64,000 bases of DNA, from assembly GCF_056746865.1 (NCBI RefSeq), contig NZ_CM163382.1, one strand, 5' to 3'. Under the pieces are notes generated by a model. That model was not told the origin of the DNA. It searched no databases and saw only the letters and a list, made by a program, of their open reading frames with translations. Below, one piece after another: positions 34,105 through 43,702 of the stretch (within the stretch, counting starts at the first letter, position 1; every line of letters starts with the position of its first letter). The position numbers and the translations under genes were made by a program.

Positions 34105-35121
34105 TTACCGTACCGCCCCCGCTATCCATGCCGATAACTCCCGTAGCTCTTTTTCCTGTTCCGGGAAGTCAACCAACAGCGCTTCACACTCCTGTTGCAG
34201 CATGTCAGCGCGGTACAGGCAGCCTTGCAGCCGTCCTGCGAGGGCTTCCAGTGGTGCTGGGTTAAGGCTGTCGGTAAATACCTGGGCGCGGGTGATATGG
34301 CCTTTTTCAACGTCGAAATGCAGTTCCACGCCGCCCCAGGTAAAGCGTTCATCCAGCAGATGCGAGAATGCCGGAGCCTGACCGAAGTTCCACTCCCAGC
34401 TACTCTGACGGGCAAAGGTTTCGGCGAAGTTCGGCAAGTCTGGCGTTTTGTCCGGGGAGATGATTTCCGCTTCCACGTGCTCGCCATAATGGGCGAAAAA
34501 GGCCTCGGTTATGGCCTCGCAAACCTGCTCATGGGTGATCCCCGGCAGCAATTCGGTCAGATTGGTCACGCGGGAACGTACCGACGTAATGCCTTTCGCC
34601 GCCAGTTTCTTTTTATCCGGATTGAGATAGTTTGCCAGGCGGCTAAGGTCGGCATTGAGCAGCAAGGTGCCGTGGTGGAAGCCGCGATCTTTGGTTTCGC
34701 GATAGGCCGAGCCTGAGACTTTGCGGTCGCCTTCGGCGGTTTTCACCACCAGATCGTTACGTCCGGACGCTTCGGCGCTGACGCCGAGCGCGTTCAGCGC
34801 ATTGAGCACAATCGACGTGGAGATGGTTTTATCGTACTCCGGCTTGCCAGCCATAAAGGTAAAGCAGGTATTGCCGAGATCGTGGAACACTGCGCCGCCA
34901 CCGCTGCTGCGCCGCGCCAGGCGGACGTTATCTTCTTCCATCCGCCGGGTATTACACTCTTTCCACGGGTTCTGTGCGCGACCAATCACTACCGTGTCGG
35001 CATTGCGCCAGAGAAACAGAACGCGCTGCGTGGCGGGCATCTGGCGAAAAATACACTCTTCCACCGCCAGGTTAAACCACGGGTCGTAAGAGTCAGAGAT
35101 GAGCAGGCGTAATGTGGACAT
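34105..35121 (-). CDS. lplA: lipoate-protein ligase A
   Basis: 338-aa [28 protein letters not shown]... Confidence 0.92.
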   Translation of the reverse strand: MSTLRLLISDSYDPWFNLAVEECIFRQMPATQRVLFLWRNADTVVIGRAQNPWKECNTRRMEEDNVRLARRSSGGGAVFHDLGNTCFTFMAGKPEYDKTISTSIVLNALNALGVSAEASGRNDLVVKTAEGDRKVSGSAYRETKDRGFHHGTLLLNADLSRLANYLNPDKKKLAAKGITSVRSRVTNLTELLPGITHEQVCEAITEAFFAHYGEHVEAEIISPDKTPDLPNFAETFARQSSWEWNFGQAPAFSHLLDERFTWGGVELHFDVEKGHITRAQVFTDSLNPAPLEALAGRLQGCLYRADMLQQECEALLVDFPEQEKELRELSAWIAGAVR

Positions 35122-35148
35122 AACGATTTCCTTTCTTGTAGTAATGGG

Positions 35149-35793
35149 TCACTCTTTTTTCTCGCTTTCTTCCTCTTCCGGCACCGGTTTGCTGGCGGTT
35201 AACAGGAAGGGCGATTGCTGCCAGCGGGTGCGTTTACCCTGTAGCAGCGTGCGGGTCAGCACTACGCCGATTGCCAGCGAGAGCAGCAACATCAGGCGTA
35301 AAATGTTAGTGGTGTTATCCACCTGTTGGGCTTCGGTGGCGAGCGTATGGGTGTCGAGCGTCAGGCGCAGATAGCCGAGCGGTCCGTTTTTACCCGCAAT
35401 GGGTTCGACAATCTGCTGGTTAAAATAGCCGCCCGCTTTTTTGCCGTCGAGCGCCAGCCGGTCGCGCACGTCGACGCTTTCACCAGAACGGGCGATAAGA
35501 TCGCCTTGTTCATCATATACGCCTGCGTCGAGAATGCGGCTTTCATCCGTTAACTGATCGAGGATCGCCTGAATACGTTTTTCATCCGGTGAGTCGGTAC
35601 GCATCAGCGGTGCAACGTTCAGCGTTACCTGACGCGCCAGGGTGCGGGCTAGTTCTTCCAGCTGTGGATTACGCTGTCGCTGGTGGTTTTGACTAAACCA
35701 TGACGCCCCCTGCATCAGCGCCACTAACAAGGCAAGACAGAACAGGACAATCACTGCCCGATGCAGCCGGAATTTCAGTTTTGTGCGAGCCAT
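35149..35793 (-). CDS. ytjB: inner membrane protein YtjB (Smp)
   Basis: 214-aa ORF with N-terminal TM segment and acidic C-terminal tail (EEEESEKKE). Confidence 0.85.
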   Translation of the reverse strand: MARTKLKFRLHRAVIVLFCLALLVALMQGASWFSQNHQRQRNPQLEELARTLARQVTLNVAPLMRTDSPDEKRIQAILDQLTDESRILDAGVYDEQGDLIARSGESVDVRDRLALDGKKAGGYFNQQIVEPIAGKNGPLGYLRLTLDTHTLATEAQQVDNTTNILRLMLLLSLAIGVVLTRTLLQGKRTRWQQSPFLLTASKPVPEEEESEKKE

Positions 35794-35898
35794 CTTCCAC
35801 CCTTTGAAAATTTGAGACTTAATGTTGCCAGAAGCAATGGATACAAGGTAGCCTCATGCGTTATTTTCCCTGCTTCGAACGATTTTACAGGAGCCTTA

Positions 35899-36867
35899 AT
35901 GCCTAACATTACCTGGTGCGACCTGCCTGAAGATGTCTCTTTATGGCCGGGTCTGCCTCTTTCATTAAGTGGTGATGAAGTGATGCCACTGGATTACCAC
36001 GCAGGTCGTAGCGGCTGGCTGCTGTATGGTCGTGGGCTGGATAAACAACGTCTGACCCAATACCAGAGCAAACTGGGCGCGGCGATGGTGATTGTTGCCG
36101 CCTGGTGCGTGGAAGATTATCAGGTGATTCGTCTGGCAGGTTCACTCACCGCGCGGGCTACGCGCCTGGCCCATGAAGCGCAACTGGATGTCGCGCCGCT
36201 GGGGAAAATCCCACACCTGCGCACGCCGGGTTTGCTGGTGATGGACATGGATTCCACCGCCATCCAGATTGAATGTATTGATGAAATTGCCAAACTGGCC
36301 GGAACGGGCGAGATGGTGGCGGAGGTAACCGAACGGGCGATGCGCGGCGAACTCGATTTTACCGCCAGCCTGCGCAGCCGCGTGGCGACGCTGAAAGGCG
36401 CTGACGCCAATATTCTGCAACAGGTGCGTGAAAATCTGCCGCTGATGCCAGGCTTAACGCAGCTGGTACTCAAGCTGGAAACGCTGGGCTGGAAAGTGGC
36501 GATTGCCTCCGGTGGCTTTACTTTCTTTGCTGAATACCTGCGCGACAAGCTGCGCCTGACAGCCGTGGTAGCCAATGAACTGGAGATCATGGACGGTAAA
36601 TTTACCGGCAATGTGATCGGCGACATCGTTGACGCGCAATATAAAGCGAAAACCCTGACCCGCCTCGCGCAGGAGTATGAAATCCCGCTGGCGCAGACCG
36701 TGGCGATTGGCGATGGAGCCAATGACCTGCCGATGATCAAAGCGGCAGGGCTGGGGATTGCCTACCATGCCAAGCCAAAAGTGAATGAAAAGACGGAAGT
36801 CACCATCCGTCACGCTGACCTGATGGGGGTATTCTGCATCCTCTCCGGCAGCCTGAATCAGAAGTAA
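35899..36867 (+). CDS. serB: phosphoserine phosphatase
   Basis: ORF-track frame 35761..36867; start trimmed to ATG 35899 (MPNITWCDLPEDV, 322 aa); HAD motif DMDST. Confidence 0.9.
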   Translation: MPNITWCDLPEDVSLWPGLPLSLSGDEVMPLDYHAGRSGWLLYGRGLDKQRLTQYQSKLGAAMVIVAAWCVEDYQVIRLAGSLTARATRLAHEAQLDVAPLGKIPHLRTPGLLVMDMDSTAIQIECIDEIAKLAGTGEMVAEVTERAMRGELDFTASLRSRVATLKGADANILQQVRENLPLMPGLTQLVLKLETLGWKVAIASGGFTFFAEYLRDKLRLTAVVANELEIMDGKFTGNVIGDIVDAQYKAKTLTRLAQEYEIPLAQTVAIGDGANDLPMIKAAGLGIAYHAKPKVNEKTEVTIRHADLMGVFCILSGSLNQK

Positions 36868-36915
36868 TTGCCCGCCCGTCATCCTGCGGGCGGCACAGCA
36901 TTAACGAGGTACATC

Positions 36916-38298
36916 GTGGCAAAAGCTCCAAAACGCGCCTTTGTTTGTAATGAATGCGGGGCCGATTATCCGCGCTGGCAGGGGCAGTGCAGTGCCTGTC
37001 ATGCCTGGAACACCATCACCGAGGTGCGTCTTGCAGCGTCGCCAACGGTGGCGCGTAACGAGCGTCTCAGCGGCTATGCCGGTAGCGCCGGGGTGGCAAA
37101 AGTCCAGAAACTTTCCGACATCAGCCTTGAAGAGCTGCCGCGTTTTTCCACCGGATTTAAAGAGTTCGACCGCGTATTAGGCGGCGGCGTGGTGCCGGGA
37201 AGTGCCATTCTGATTGGCGGTAACCCTGGTGCGGGGAAATCCACGTTGCTACTGCAAACGCTGTGCAAACTGGCGCAGCAGATGAAAACGCTGTATGTCA
37301 CCGGCGAAGAGTCGCTGCAACAGGTGGCAATGCGCGCTCATCGCCTTGGCCTGCCGACTGACAATCTTAATATGCTGTCGGAAACCAGCATCGAGCAGAT
37401 CTGCCTGATTGCCGAAGAAGAGCAACCGAAGCTGATGGTAATTGACTCGATCCAGGTGATGCATATGGCGGATGTACAATCATCGCCTGGTAGCGTGGCG
37501 CAGGTGCGTGAAACGGCGGCTTATCTGACGCGCTTCGCCAAAACGCGCGGCGTGGCGATTGTCATGGTCGGGCACGTAACCAAAGATGGCTCGCTGGCTG
37601 GCCCTAAAGTGCTGGAACACTGTATCGACTGTTCGGTGCTTTTGGATGGCGATGCCGACTCCCGTTTTCGCACCTTGCGCAGCCATAAAAACCGCTTCGG
37701 CGCGGTGAATGAGCTGGGCGTCTTCGCGATGACCGAACAGGGGCTGCGTGAAGTTAGCAACCCTTCCGCCATCTTTTTAAGCCGCGGTGATGAAGTGACC
37801 TCCGGTAGCTCAGTGATGGTGGTATGGGAAGGAACGCGTCCACTGCTGGTGGAGATCCAGGCGCTGGTCGATCACTCGATGATGGCGAATCCACGCCGCG
37901 TCGCAGTAGGGCTGGAGCAAAACCGTCTGGCAATCCTGCTGGCTGTCTTGCACCGTCACGGTGGTCTGCAAATGGCCGATCAGGATGTGTTTGTGAACGT
38001 GGTCGGCGGCGTGAAGGTAACCGAAACCAGCGCCGACTTAGCGTTACTGCTGGCGATGGTTTCCAGCCTGCGTGACAGACCGCTGCCACAGGATCTGGTG
38101 GTGTTTGGTGAAGTCGGGCTGGCAGGGGAGATCCGCCCGGTGCCCAGCGGCCAGGAACGAATCTCTGAAGCGGCGAAACACGGTTTTCGGCGGGCGATTG
38201 TTCCGGCGGCTAATGTGCCGAAAAAAGCGCCGGAAGGGATGCAGATTTTTGGCGTTAAAAAACTCTCCGACGCGCTTAGCGTGTTCGACGACTTATAA
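36916..38298 (+). CDS. radA: DNA repair protein RadA/Sms
   Basis: ORF-track frame 36868..38298; start at GTG 36916 (AKAPKRAFVCNECG, 460 aa); zinc finger CNECG..CSAC, Walker A GGNPGAGKST. Confidence 0.9.
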   Translation: MAKAPKRAFVCNECGADYPRWQGQCSACHAWNTITEVRLAASPTVARNERLSGYAGSAGVAKVQKLSDISLEELPRFSTGFKEFDRVLGGGVVPGSAILIGGNPGAGKSTLLLQTLCKLAQQMKTLYVTGEESLQQVAMRAHRLGLPTDNLNMLSETSIEQICLIAEEEQPKLMVIDSIQVMHMADVQSSPGSVAQVRETAAYLTRFAKTRGVAIVMVGHVTKDGSLAGPKVLEHCIDCSVLLDGDADSRFRTLRSHKNRFGAVNELGVFAMTEQGLREVSNPSAIFLSRGDEVTSGSSVMVVWEGTRPLLVEIQALVDHSMMANPRRVAVGLEQNRLAILLAVLHRHGGLQMADQDVFVNVVGGVKVTETSADLALLLAMVSSLRDRPLPQDLVVFGEVGLAGEIRPVPSGQERISEAAKHGFRRAIVPAANVPKKAPEGMQIFGVKKLSDALSVFDDL

Positions 38299-38318
38299 TG
38301 AGAGATACGGAGGGAGAT

Positions 38319-39551
38319 ATGTCGTCATTTGATTACCTGAAAACTGCCATCAAGCAACAGGGCTGCACGCTACAGCAGGTAGCTGATGCCAGCGGTATGA
38401 CCAAAGGGTATTTAAGCCAGTTACTGAATGCCAAAATTAAAAGCCCCAGCGCGCAAAAACTGGAGGCATTGCACCGTTTTTTGGGGCTTGAGTTTCCCCG
38501 CCAAAAGAAAACCATTGGCGTGGTATTCGGTAAGTTCTACCCGTTGCATACCGGACATATCTACCTTATCCAGCGCGCCTGTAGCCAGGTTGACGAGTTG
38601 CATATCATTATGGGCTTTGACGATACCCGTGACCGTGCGTTGTTTGAAGACAGCGCCATGTCGCAGCAGCCCACGGTGCCGGATCGTCTGCGCTGGTTAT
38701 TGCAAACCTTTAAATATCAGAAAAATATCCGTATTCATGCTTTCAATGAAGAGGGCATGGAGCCATATCCGCACGGCTGGGATGTATGGAGCAACGGCAT
38801 CAAAAAGTTTATGGCTGAAAAGGGGATCCAGCCGGACCTGATCTACACCTCGGAAGAAGCCGATGCGCCACAGTATATGGAACATCTGGGGATCGAAACG
38901 GTGCTGGTCGATCCGAAACGCACCTTTATGAGTATCAGCGGTGCGCAGATCCGCGAAAACCCGTTCCGCTACTGGGAATATATTCCCACCGAAGTGAAGC
39001 CGTTCTTTGTGCGTACCGTGGCGATCCTTGGCGGCGAGTCGAGCGGTAAATCCACCCTGGTAAACAAACTTGCCAATATCTTCAATACCACCAGTGCGTG
39101 GGAATATGGTCGCGATTATGTCTTTTCACACCTTGGCGGTGATGAGATCGCATTGCAGTATTCCGACTACGATAAAATCGCGCTAGGACACGCGCAATAT
39201 ATTGATTTTGCAGTGAAATACGCCAATAAAGTGGCGTTTATCGACACTGATTTTGTCACTACCCAGGCGTTCTGCAAAAAGTACGAAGGGCGTGAGCATC
39301 CGTTCGTGCAGGCGCTGATTGATGAATACCGTTTTGATCTGGTTATCTTGCTGGAGAACAACACGCCGTGGGTGGCGGATGGTTTACGCAGCCTCGGTAG
39401 TTCGGTGGATCGCAAAGAGTTCCAGAACTTGCTGGTGGAGATGCTGGAAGAGAACAATATCGAATTTGTGCGTGTTGAAGAGGACGATTACGACAGCCGT
39501 TTCCTGCGCTGTGTGGAGCTGGTGCGGGAGATGATGGGCGAGCAGAGATAA
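38319..39551 (+). CDS. nadR: trifunctional NAD biosynthesis regulator NadR (HTH / NMN adenylyltransferase / ribosylnicotinamide kinase)
   Basis: ORF-track frame 38298..39551; start trimmed to ATG 38319 (MSSFDYLKTAIKQQG, 410 aa); GKFYPLHTGH and GGESSGKST motifs. Confidence 0.9.
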   Translation: MSSFDYLKTAIKQQGCTLQQVADASGMTKGYLSQLLNAKIKSPSAQKLEALHRFLGLEFPRQKKTIGVVFGKFYPLHTGHIYLIQRACSQVDELHIIMGFDDTRDRALFEDSAMSQQPTVPDRLRWLLQTFKYQKNIRIHAFNEEGMEPYPHGWDVWSNGIKKFMAEKGIQPDLIYTSEEADAPQYMEHLGIETVLVDPKRTFMSISGAQIRENPFRYWEYIPTEVKPFFVRTVAILGGESSGKSTLVNKLANIFNTTSAWEYGRDYVFSHLGGDEIALQYSDYDKIALGHAQYIDFAVKYANKVAFIDTDFVTTQAFCKKYEGREHPFVQALIDEYRFDLVILLENNTPWVADGLRSLGSSVDRKEFQNLLVEMLEENNIEFVRVEEDDYDSRFLRCVELVREMMGEQR

Positions 39552-39777
39552 CCGTGACGAAACGGCTCAAAGGCGAGGTATAAATTGAGTTTTTTTGATG
39601 AGTTGAAAAACTCTCTGGAAGAGGCTGTTGAGATTAGAAAGAACCTGCACGGGTGACCCGCTACGAAATTGCAGATGCTAAGGCTATTCGTGAGCAACTT
39701 CATACTCCAACCGACCAGTTGCGTAGCCAGAATGCAATCAAATCTGACAGTCCGCTTCGGCGCGCGCTTTGGTGTAT

Positions 39778-39963
39778 TTACCGGAGTAAATCAGCGTGCC
39801 GTGGAAAATTATGCGCAGCGCTTCTGCTGATTTGCGTACCTTCGCTGATGATAAGTCCTGCACTAGCGTGCTGCGCGTAATAGTCCGCCATTATGTCAGT
39901 CGCAACGTCACCCGCGCGGGAACGCGTCATCGGTGGCATTACAATACGGTTTTTTAATGGCAA
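39778..39963 (-). pseudogene. decayed 5' fragment of an old-yellow-enzyme family NADH:flavin oxidoreductase
   Basis: 61-aa frame PLKNRIVMPPMTRSRA...YYAQHASAGLIISEGTQIS resembles the OYE/NemA N-terminal barrel start, then diverges to a stop; only a TTG start, with an in-frame stop just upstream. Confidence 0.5.
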
Positions 39964-40011
39964 CGCATTCAGCGCATATTTAGCAAATTACGTAATGGGT
40001 CCCTTGCGCGG

Positions 40012-40224
40012 TTATTTGTACAGTTCGGCACTCATGGTGACGGTATTGCCCATGCGAGCGCTGGTGATTTTGTATTCAGAGGCGTTTATCTCTTTCGCTT
40101 TCTGCGCAATAACTGCTTCCGCAGAATCCAGTGTTGTACCGGTTGCTGTTACGCTTTGCGCCGATGCGTTAAACGCCGCGACAGAGAAAAGAGAAGCTGT
40201 AAAAATTGCGATGATCGTTTTCAT
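40012..40224 (-). CDS. small secreted DUF1471 (YdgH/BhsA/McbA-family) protein
   Basis: ORF-track frame 40012..40392; start trimmed to ATG 40224 (MKTIIAIFTASLFSVAAFNASAQ, 70 aa); signal peptide and C-terminal TVTMSAELYK as in BhsA-like proteins. Confidence 0.65.
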   Translation of the reverse strand: MKTIIAIFTASLFSVAAFNASAQSVTATGTTLDSAEAVIAQKAKEINASEYKITSARMGNTVTMSAELYK

Positions 40225-40381
40225 GTTTATATTCCAGAGTGTCTTAATTGTTTGGCGTTTATTAACGCGATGGGGATAGAATACGCCTGCTGCCTGATAA
40301 CATAAATGATACAAATGACAATAGACTATTCTGATTTTGTTAATAATCAGACGCCGGACGTTCCGACGCCTGTCGATTGCA

Positions 40382-40798
40382 TCAGGCAACAAAGTTGTCC
40401 TTCAGCGCCTTGAGACCATCCCGATAGATGCCGGTAAACAGCGCTTCGGCCTCTTCGTTCGTCACATTCACCGGGGTGAATTCACCGAACCATTCCACAC
40501 GAGAAACCTGGCTGTCGGCGGTTTCATGAACGGTAATGGTGGAGAGGTAATCCACCACCGGGAACGGTGCCTGAATAATGGAATAGGTATAACTGCGTTG
40601 ACGGTTATCAAACGCTTCCAGACGTTCAACCACAGTGCCGCCGTCAGAGGTTGTCAGCGAACGAACGCGACCGCCTTCTGTCACTACGCTTTTCGGGATG
40701 AACGGCAGCCAGTCTGGCAGCGCATCAAAGCCGCCCATCAATTGCCATACGGCGTCGGCAGAAGCCGGAATTTCGATCGATACAGTTGTTTTAGCCAT
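40382..40798 (-). CDS. SRPBCC-superfamily (polyketide cyclase/dehydrase-like, Bet v1 fold) protein
   Basis: 138-aa ORF; family assignment by overall resemblance, no catalytic motif verified. Confidence 0.6.
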   Translation of the reverse strand: MAKTTVSIEIPASADAVWQLMGGFDALPDWLPFIPKSVVTEGGRVRSLTTSDGGTVVERLEAFDNRQRSYTYSIIQAPFPVVDYLSTITVHETADSQVSRVEWFGEFTPVNVTNEEAEALFTGIYRDGLKALKDNFVA

Positions 40799-40823
40799 GA
40801 TAATTTTCTCTTAATTTATAGGG

Positions 40824-41621
40824 TTACATTGTTAGGGTGTCGACGACGCCGCCATCGACGCGCAGGGCTGCCCCTGTGGTTGCCGAGGAAAGCGGTGACG
40901 CGAGATAAACCGCCAGATTCGCCACTTCTTCCACATCTGCCGCACGCTGGATGATGGAGCTCGGACGCGAGGTTTTAACAAACTCATCGGCCTGTTCACG
41001 CGCACTGCGTCCCGACTGCGCAGCGGCATCCGCCAGCATCTCTTTCAGGCCATCGGTAAAGGTTGGCCCTGGCAGAATGGCGTTGACGGTCACACCGGTC
41101 CCCGCCAGTCGTTTCGCCAGACCATGAGAGACCGCCAGATTCGCGGCTTTGGTGACGCCGTAGTTGATCATGTCGCCAGGGATTGCCACGCCGGATTCGG
41201 ACGAGACAAAGATAATCCGCCCCCAGCCCTGTTCCGTCATGCCTGGCGCATAGTGACGCGCCAGACGAACGCCGGAAAGGACGTTGACGTTATAGAAGTG
41301 CATCCACTCATCATCCGGAACGCTAAAGAAATCTTTATCGTTGAAAATGCCCAGATTATTGACCAGCACATCAGCCGTTGGGACTGCAGCGATCAGCGCA
41401 GTCACGCCGTCTTCGGTGCTGAGATCGGCCACCACGCCGCGCAGTGACGCCGTGGGAGTTTGTGCCGCAATCGCAGCCATGGCGTCATCAACGCCGCTCT
41501 GTTTACGGCCGACGACAACCACCGTTGCGCCTGCTTTTGCCAGTCCGGCGGCGATACCCTGCCCAATGCCGGAGGTTGAGCCGCTGACCACCGCGACTTT
41601 ACCTGTCAGATCCAGTTTCAT
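40824..41621 (-). CDS. short-chain dehydrogenase/reductase (SDR) family oxidoreductase
   Basis: ORF-track frame 40824..41723; start trimmed to ATG 41621 (MKLDLTGKVAVVSGSTSGIGQGIA, 266 aa); TGxxxGIG cofactor motif and YGVTK catalytic YxxxK. Confidence 0.75.
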   Translation of the reverse strand: MKLDLTGKVAVVSGSTSGIGQGIAAGLAKAGATVVVVGRKQSGVDDAMAAIAAQTPTASLRGVVADLSTEDGVTALIAAVPTADVLVNNLGIFNDKDFFSVPDDEWMHFYNVNVLSGVRLARHYAPGMTEQGWGRIIFVSSESGVAIPGDMINYGVTKAANLAVSHGLAKRLAGTGVTVNAILPGPTFTDGLKEMLADAAAQSGRSAREQADEFVKTSRPSSIIQRAADVEEVANLAVYLASPLSSATTGAALRVDGGVVDTLTM

Positions 41622-41640
41622 CGTTTTCTCACCAGGTTGA

Positions 41641-42651
41641 TTAACGGGTCGGCAGCGGAGCGTTTTCCGCAACCAGATTTTGACGGCGCATTTCTGCCCA
41701 GAATTCAGCCGGAACAGGCGCATTCAGTGCAGCCAGATCTTCTGCCATACGGCCAGGACGGCTGGAGCCAGGAATAACCGCCGCAACGGCCGGGTTTGCC
41801 AGCGCGAACTGCAGCGCAGCTGCTTTAACGTTCACATTGAAACGTGTGGCAATGGTGTTAATTTGCGCCACTTTCTGCTGGATGGCCGCAGAAGCTTTCT
41901 GATATTCAAAGTGCTCGCCGCCTGCCAGTACGCCAGAGCTGTACGGACCGCCCACAACAATATCCACGTTCTGTTCCAGTGCTTCTGGCATCAGGCGTTG
42001 CAGCGCACGTTCGTGATCCAGCAGGGAATAACGCCCCGCCAGCAGGAACGCATCCGGCTTCGGTTCGTCCAGCGCCAGCGTCAGTTCGCAAGGTTCGACG
42101 CGATTCACACCCAGTCCCCAGGCTTTAATCACACCTTCGTCACGCAAACGCGTCAGCGCACGAAACGCACCGGTACGGGCTATGTTGAACTGTTCCAGCC
42201 AGCTGTCACCGTAGAAGTCCTGTGCCGGGTCGTGGATCCAGACAATATCCAGACGGTCTGTTTTCAGGCGTTTCAGGCTGTCTTCAATCGAGCGCAGCGT
42301 GGCGTCAGCAGAGTAGTCATTCAGAATTTTGTTTTTCAGGCCGTGTTCGAACAGGCCACCTTTTTCACCGAAATCACGTTTTGCCGGATCTTCCATTTCG
42401 TCCAGCATGATGCGACCGACTTTGCTGCTCAGAACGTATTCATCGCGTGGATACTGAGACAGCGCTTCACCCATGCGGATTTCAGAAAGGCCAGAGCCAT
42501 ACAGCGGCGCGGTATCAAAGTAACGCACGCCCAGGTTCCAGGCTTCGCTCACGGTGGCGTGGGCCTCGTCTTCCGGAATGGCACGGAACATGTTGCCGAG
42601 TGGTGCGCCACCTAAGCCAATTTTGCCGGGAAGTAAATTTTTGATGCTCAT
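41641..42651 (-). CDS. aldo-keto reductase family oxidoreductase
   Basis: 336-aa ORF; AKR-like N-terminus GLGGAPLG...FDTAPLYGSGLSE; GAGGA ribosome-binding site upstream. Confidence 0.75.
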   Translation of the reverse strand: MSIKNLLPGKIGLGGAPLGNMFRAIPEDEAHATVSEAWNLGVRYFDTAPLYGSGLSEIRMGEALSQYPRDEYVLSSKVGRIMLDEMEDPAKRDFGEKGGLFEHGLKNKILNDYSADATLRSIEDSLKRLKTDRLDIVWIHDPAQDFYGDSWLEQFNIARTGAFRALTRLRDEGVIKAWGLGVNRVEPCELTLALDEPKPDAFLLAGRYSLLDHERALQRLMPEALEQNVDIVVGGPYSSGVLAGGEHFEYQKASAAIQQKVAQINTIATRFNVNVKAAALQFALANPAVAAVIPGSSRPGRMAEDLAALNAPVPAEFWAEMRRQNLVAENAPLPTR

Positions 42652-42693
42652 AAGATGTCCTCAATTATTCGGTTTGGGTTAGGGCGTTTTTTT

Positions 42694-42709
42694 GCTATCG
42701 CCCTGTGAC
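42694..42709. promoter_or_regulatory. perfect CRP-consensus-like palindrome TGTGA-N6-TCACA in the divergent promoter between the AKR operon and the LysR gene
   Basis: TGTGACGTGGATCACA read from sequence. Confidence 0.45.
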
Positions 42710-42784
42710 GTGGATCACAATACCTTGCGAGGTTGTGACTTGATAGGACATAATTCGTCTGACTTAAGTCCTTTGAGGTCTAAC

Positions 42785-43672
42785 ATGATTGATTTACGCC
42801 AACTGAAGTACTTCGTGGTGGTCGCAGAAGAAGAGCACGTGGGACGCGCAGCCGAGCGATTACATATCTCGCAATCACCGCTGAGCCGCCAGATTGCACA
42901 ACTGGAAGAACGGCTGGGGCTGACGCTGTTTGAGCGTAATCAGCAGCGCATTCGCCTGACCGCTGATGGACAGACATTCCTTGCCGAAACACGTTCGTTG
43001 CTGACACACGCCAACCGCCTGGAGTCGTTAGGCAAACGCCTGGGACGGGGGGAAGATGGTGGCTTGTGTATTGGCTATATCGAAAACGCCATGCATTCCG
43101 GTGTGCTTTCTACGGCGCTACGTACGTTACGTGTATCGCGTCCGAATGTGCATATCGCACTTTACAGCCAACCACCGGCTACCCAGATTGAAGGCCTGCG
43201 CCAGCGCAGTCTCGATTTTTCTCTGGTCGACACGCCGCCCACCGACAGCGAGCAGGATCTGGAATATATTCAGGTTCTGGATGATCGAATGTTGTTGGCC
43301 TTACCGCAAAATCATCCTCTGGCGCAGGAGGAAAACCTTGTCGCGTCACAACTTGGCGATGAGCAGTGGATTGCGGTGATTCATAACGACGATGCGCATT
43401 CTCGCGATCATTTTGTCGCCGCCTGTGTTAACGCCGGGTTTAATCCTGATATTCGCCTGGAAGCGGGTGAACCCCTCACGGCATTAGGTTTGGTCGCTGC
43501 GGGATTAGGTCTGGCCTTAATTCAACATAGTCTGCGTCATAATGCGCCGGAAGGGGTGGTATTACGTGAATTGCCGTGGATGAATTATTCAACGCAATTA
43601 TGGGCAGCCTGGCATAAAGCCAACCAACGTCCGCTGGTTTCCCATTTCCGCCAGATCCTGCGCGGTGAATAA
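42785..43672 (+). CDS. LysR-family transcriptional regulator
   Basis: ORF-track frame 42692..43672; start trimmed to ATG 42785 (MIDLRQLKYFVVVAEEEHVGRAAERLHISQSPLSRQIAQLEERLG, 295 aa); LysR N-terminal HTH and C-terminal substrate-binding domain. Confidence 0.8.
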   Translation: MIDLRQLKYFVVVAEEEHVGRAAERLHISQSPLSRQIAQLEERLGLTLFERNQQRIRLTADGQTFLAETRSLLTHANRLESLGKRLGRGEDGGLCIGYIENAMHSGVLSTALRTLRVSRPNVHIALYSQPPATQIEGLRQRSLDFSLVDTPPTDSEQDLEYIQVLDDRMLLALPQNHPLAQEENLVASQLGDEQWIAVIHNDDAHSRDHFVAACVNAGFNPDIRLEAGEPLTALGLVAAGLGLALIQHSLRHNAPEGVVLRELPWMNYSTQLWAAWHKANQRPLVSHFRQILRGE

Positions 43673-43677
43673 AACGT

Positions 43678-43702
43678 TAAGCGGGAACCATGAGTTCCCG
43701 CT
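43678..43702 (+). terminator. hairpin AAGCGGGAAC-N5-GTTCCCGCTT after the LysR gene
   Basis: 10-bp perfect stem read from sequence; T-run weak. Confidence 0.4.

Noticed and set aside
33817-34137. 106-aa plus-strand ORF in the deoD-lplA gap
   Set aside because: Overlaps the XRE-HTH ORF on the opposite strand and runs into the lplA 3' end; hydrophobic low-complexity translation without motifs; the minus-strand HTH frame is the better-supported reading.
39653-39880. 75-aa plus-strand ORF (and an adjacent short frame LSFFDELKNSLEEAVEIRKNLHG) in the nadR-proximal gap, considered as a toxin-antitoxin remnant
   Set aside because: No confident family resemblance, frames are broken, and the ORF overlaps the antisense OYE fragment; treated as decayed or non-coding sequence.
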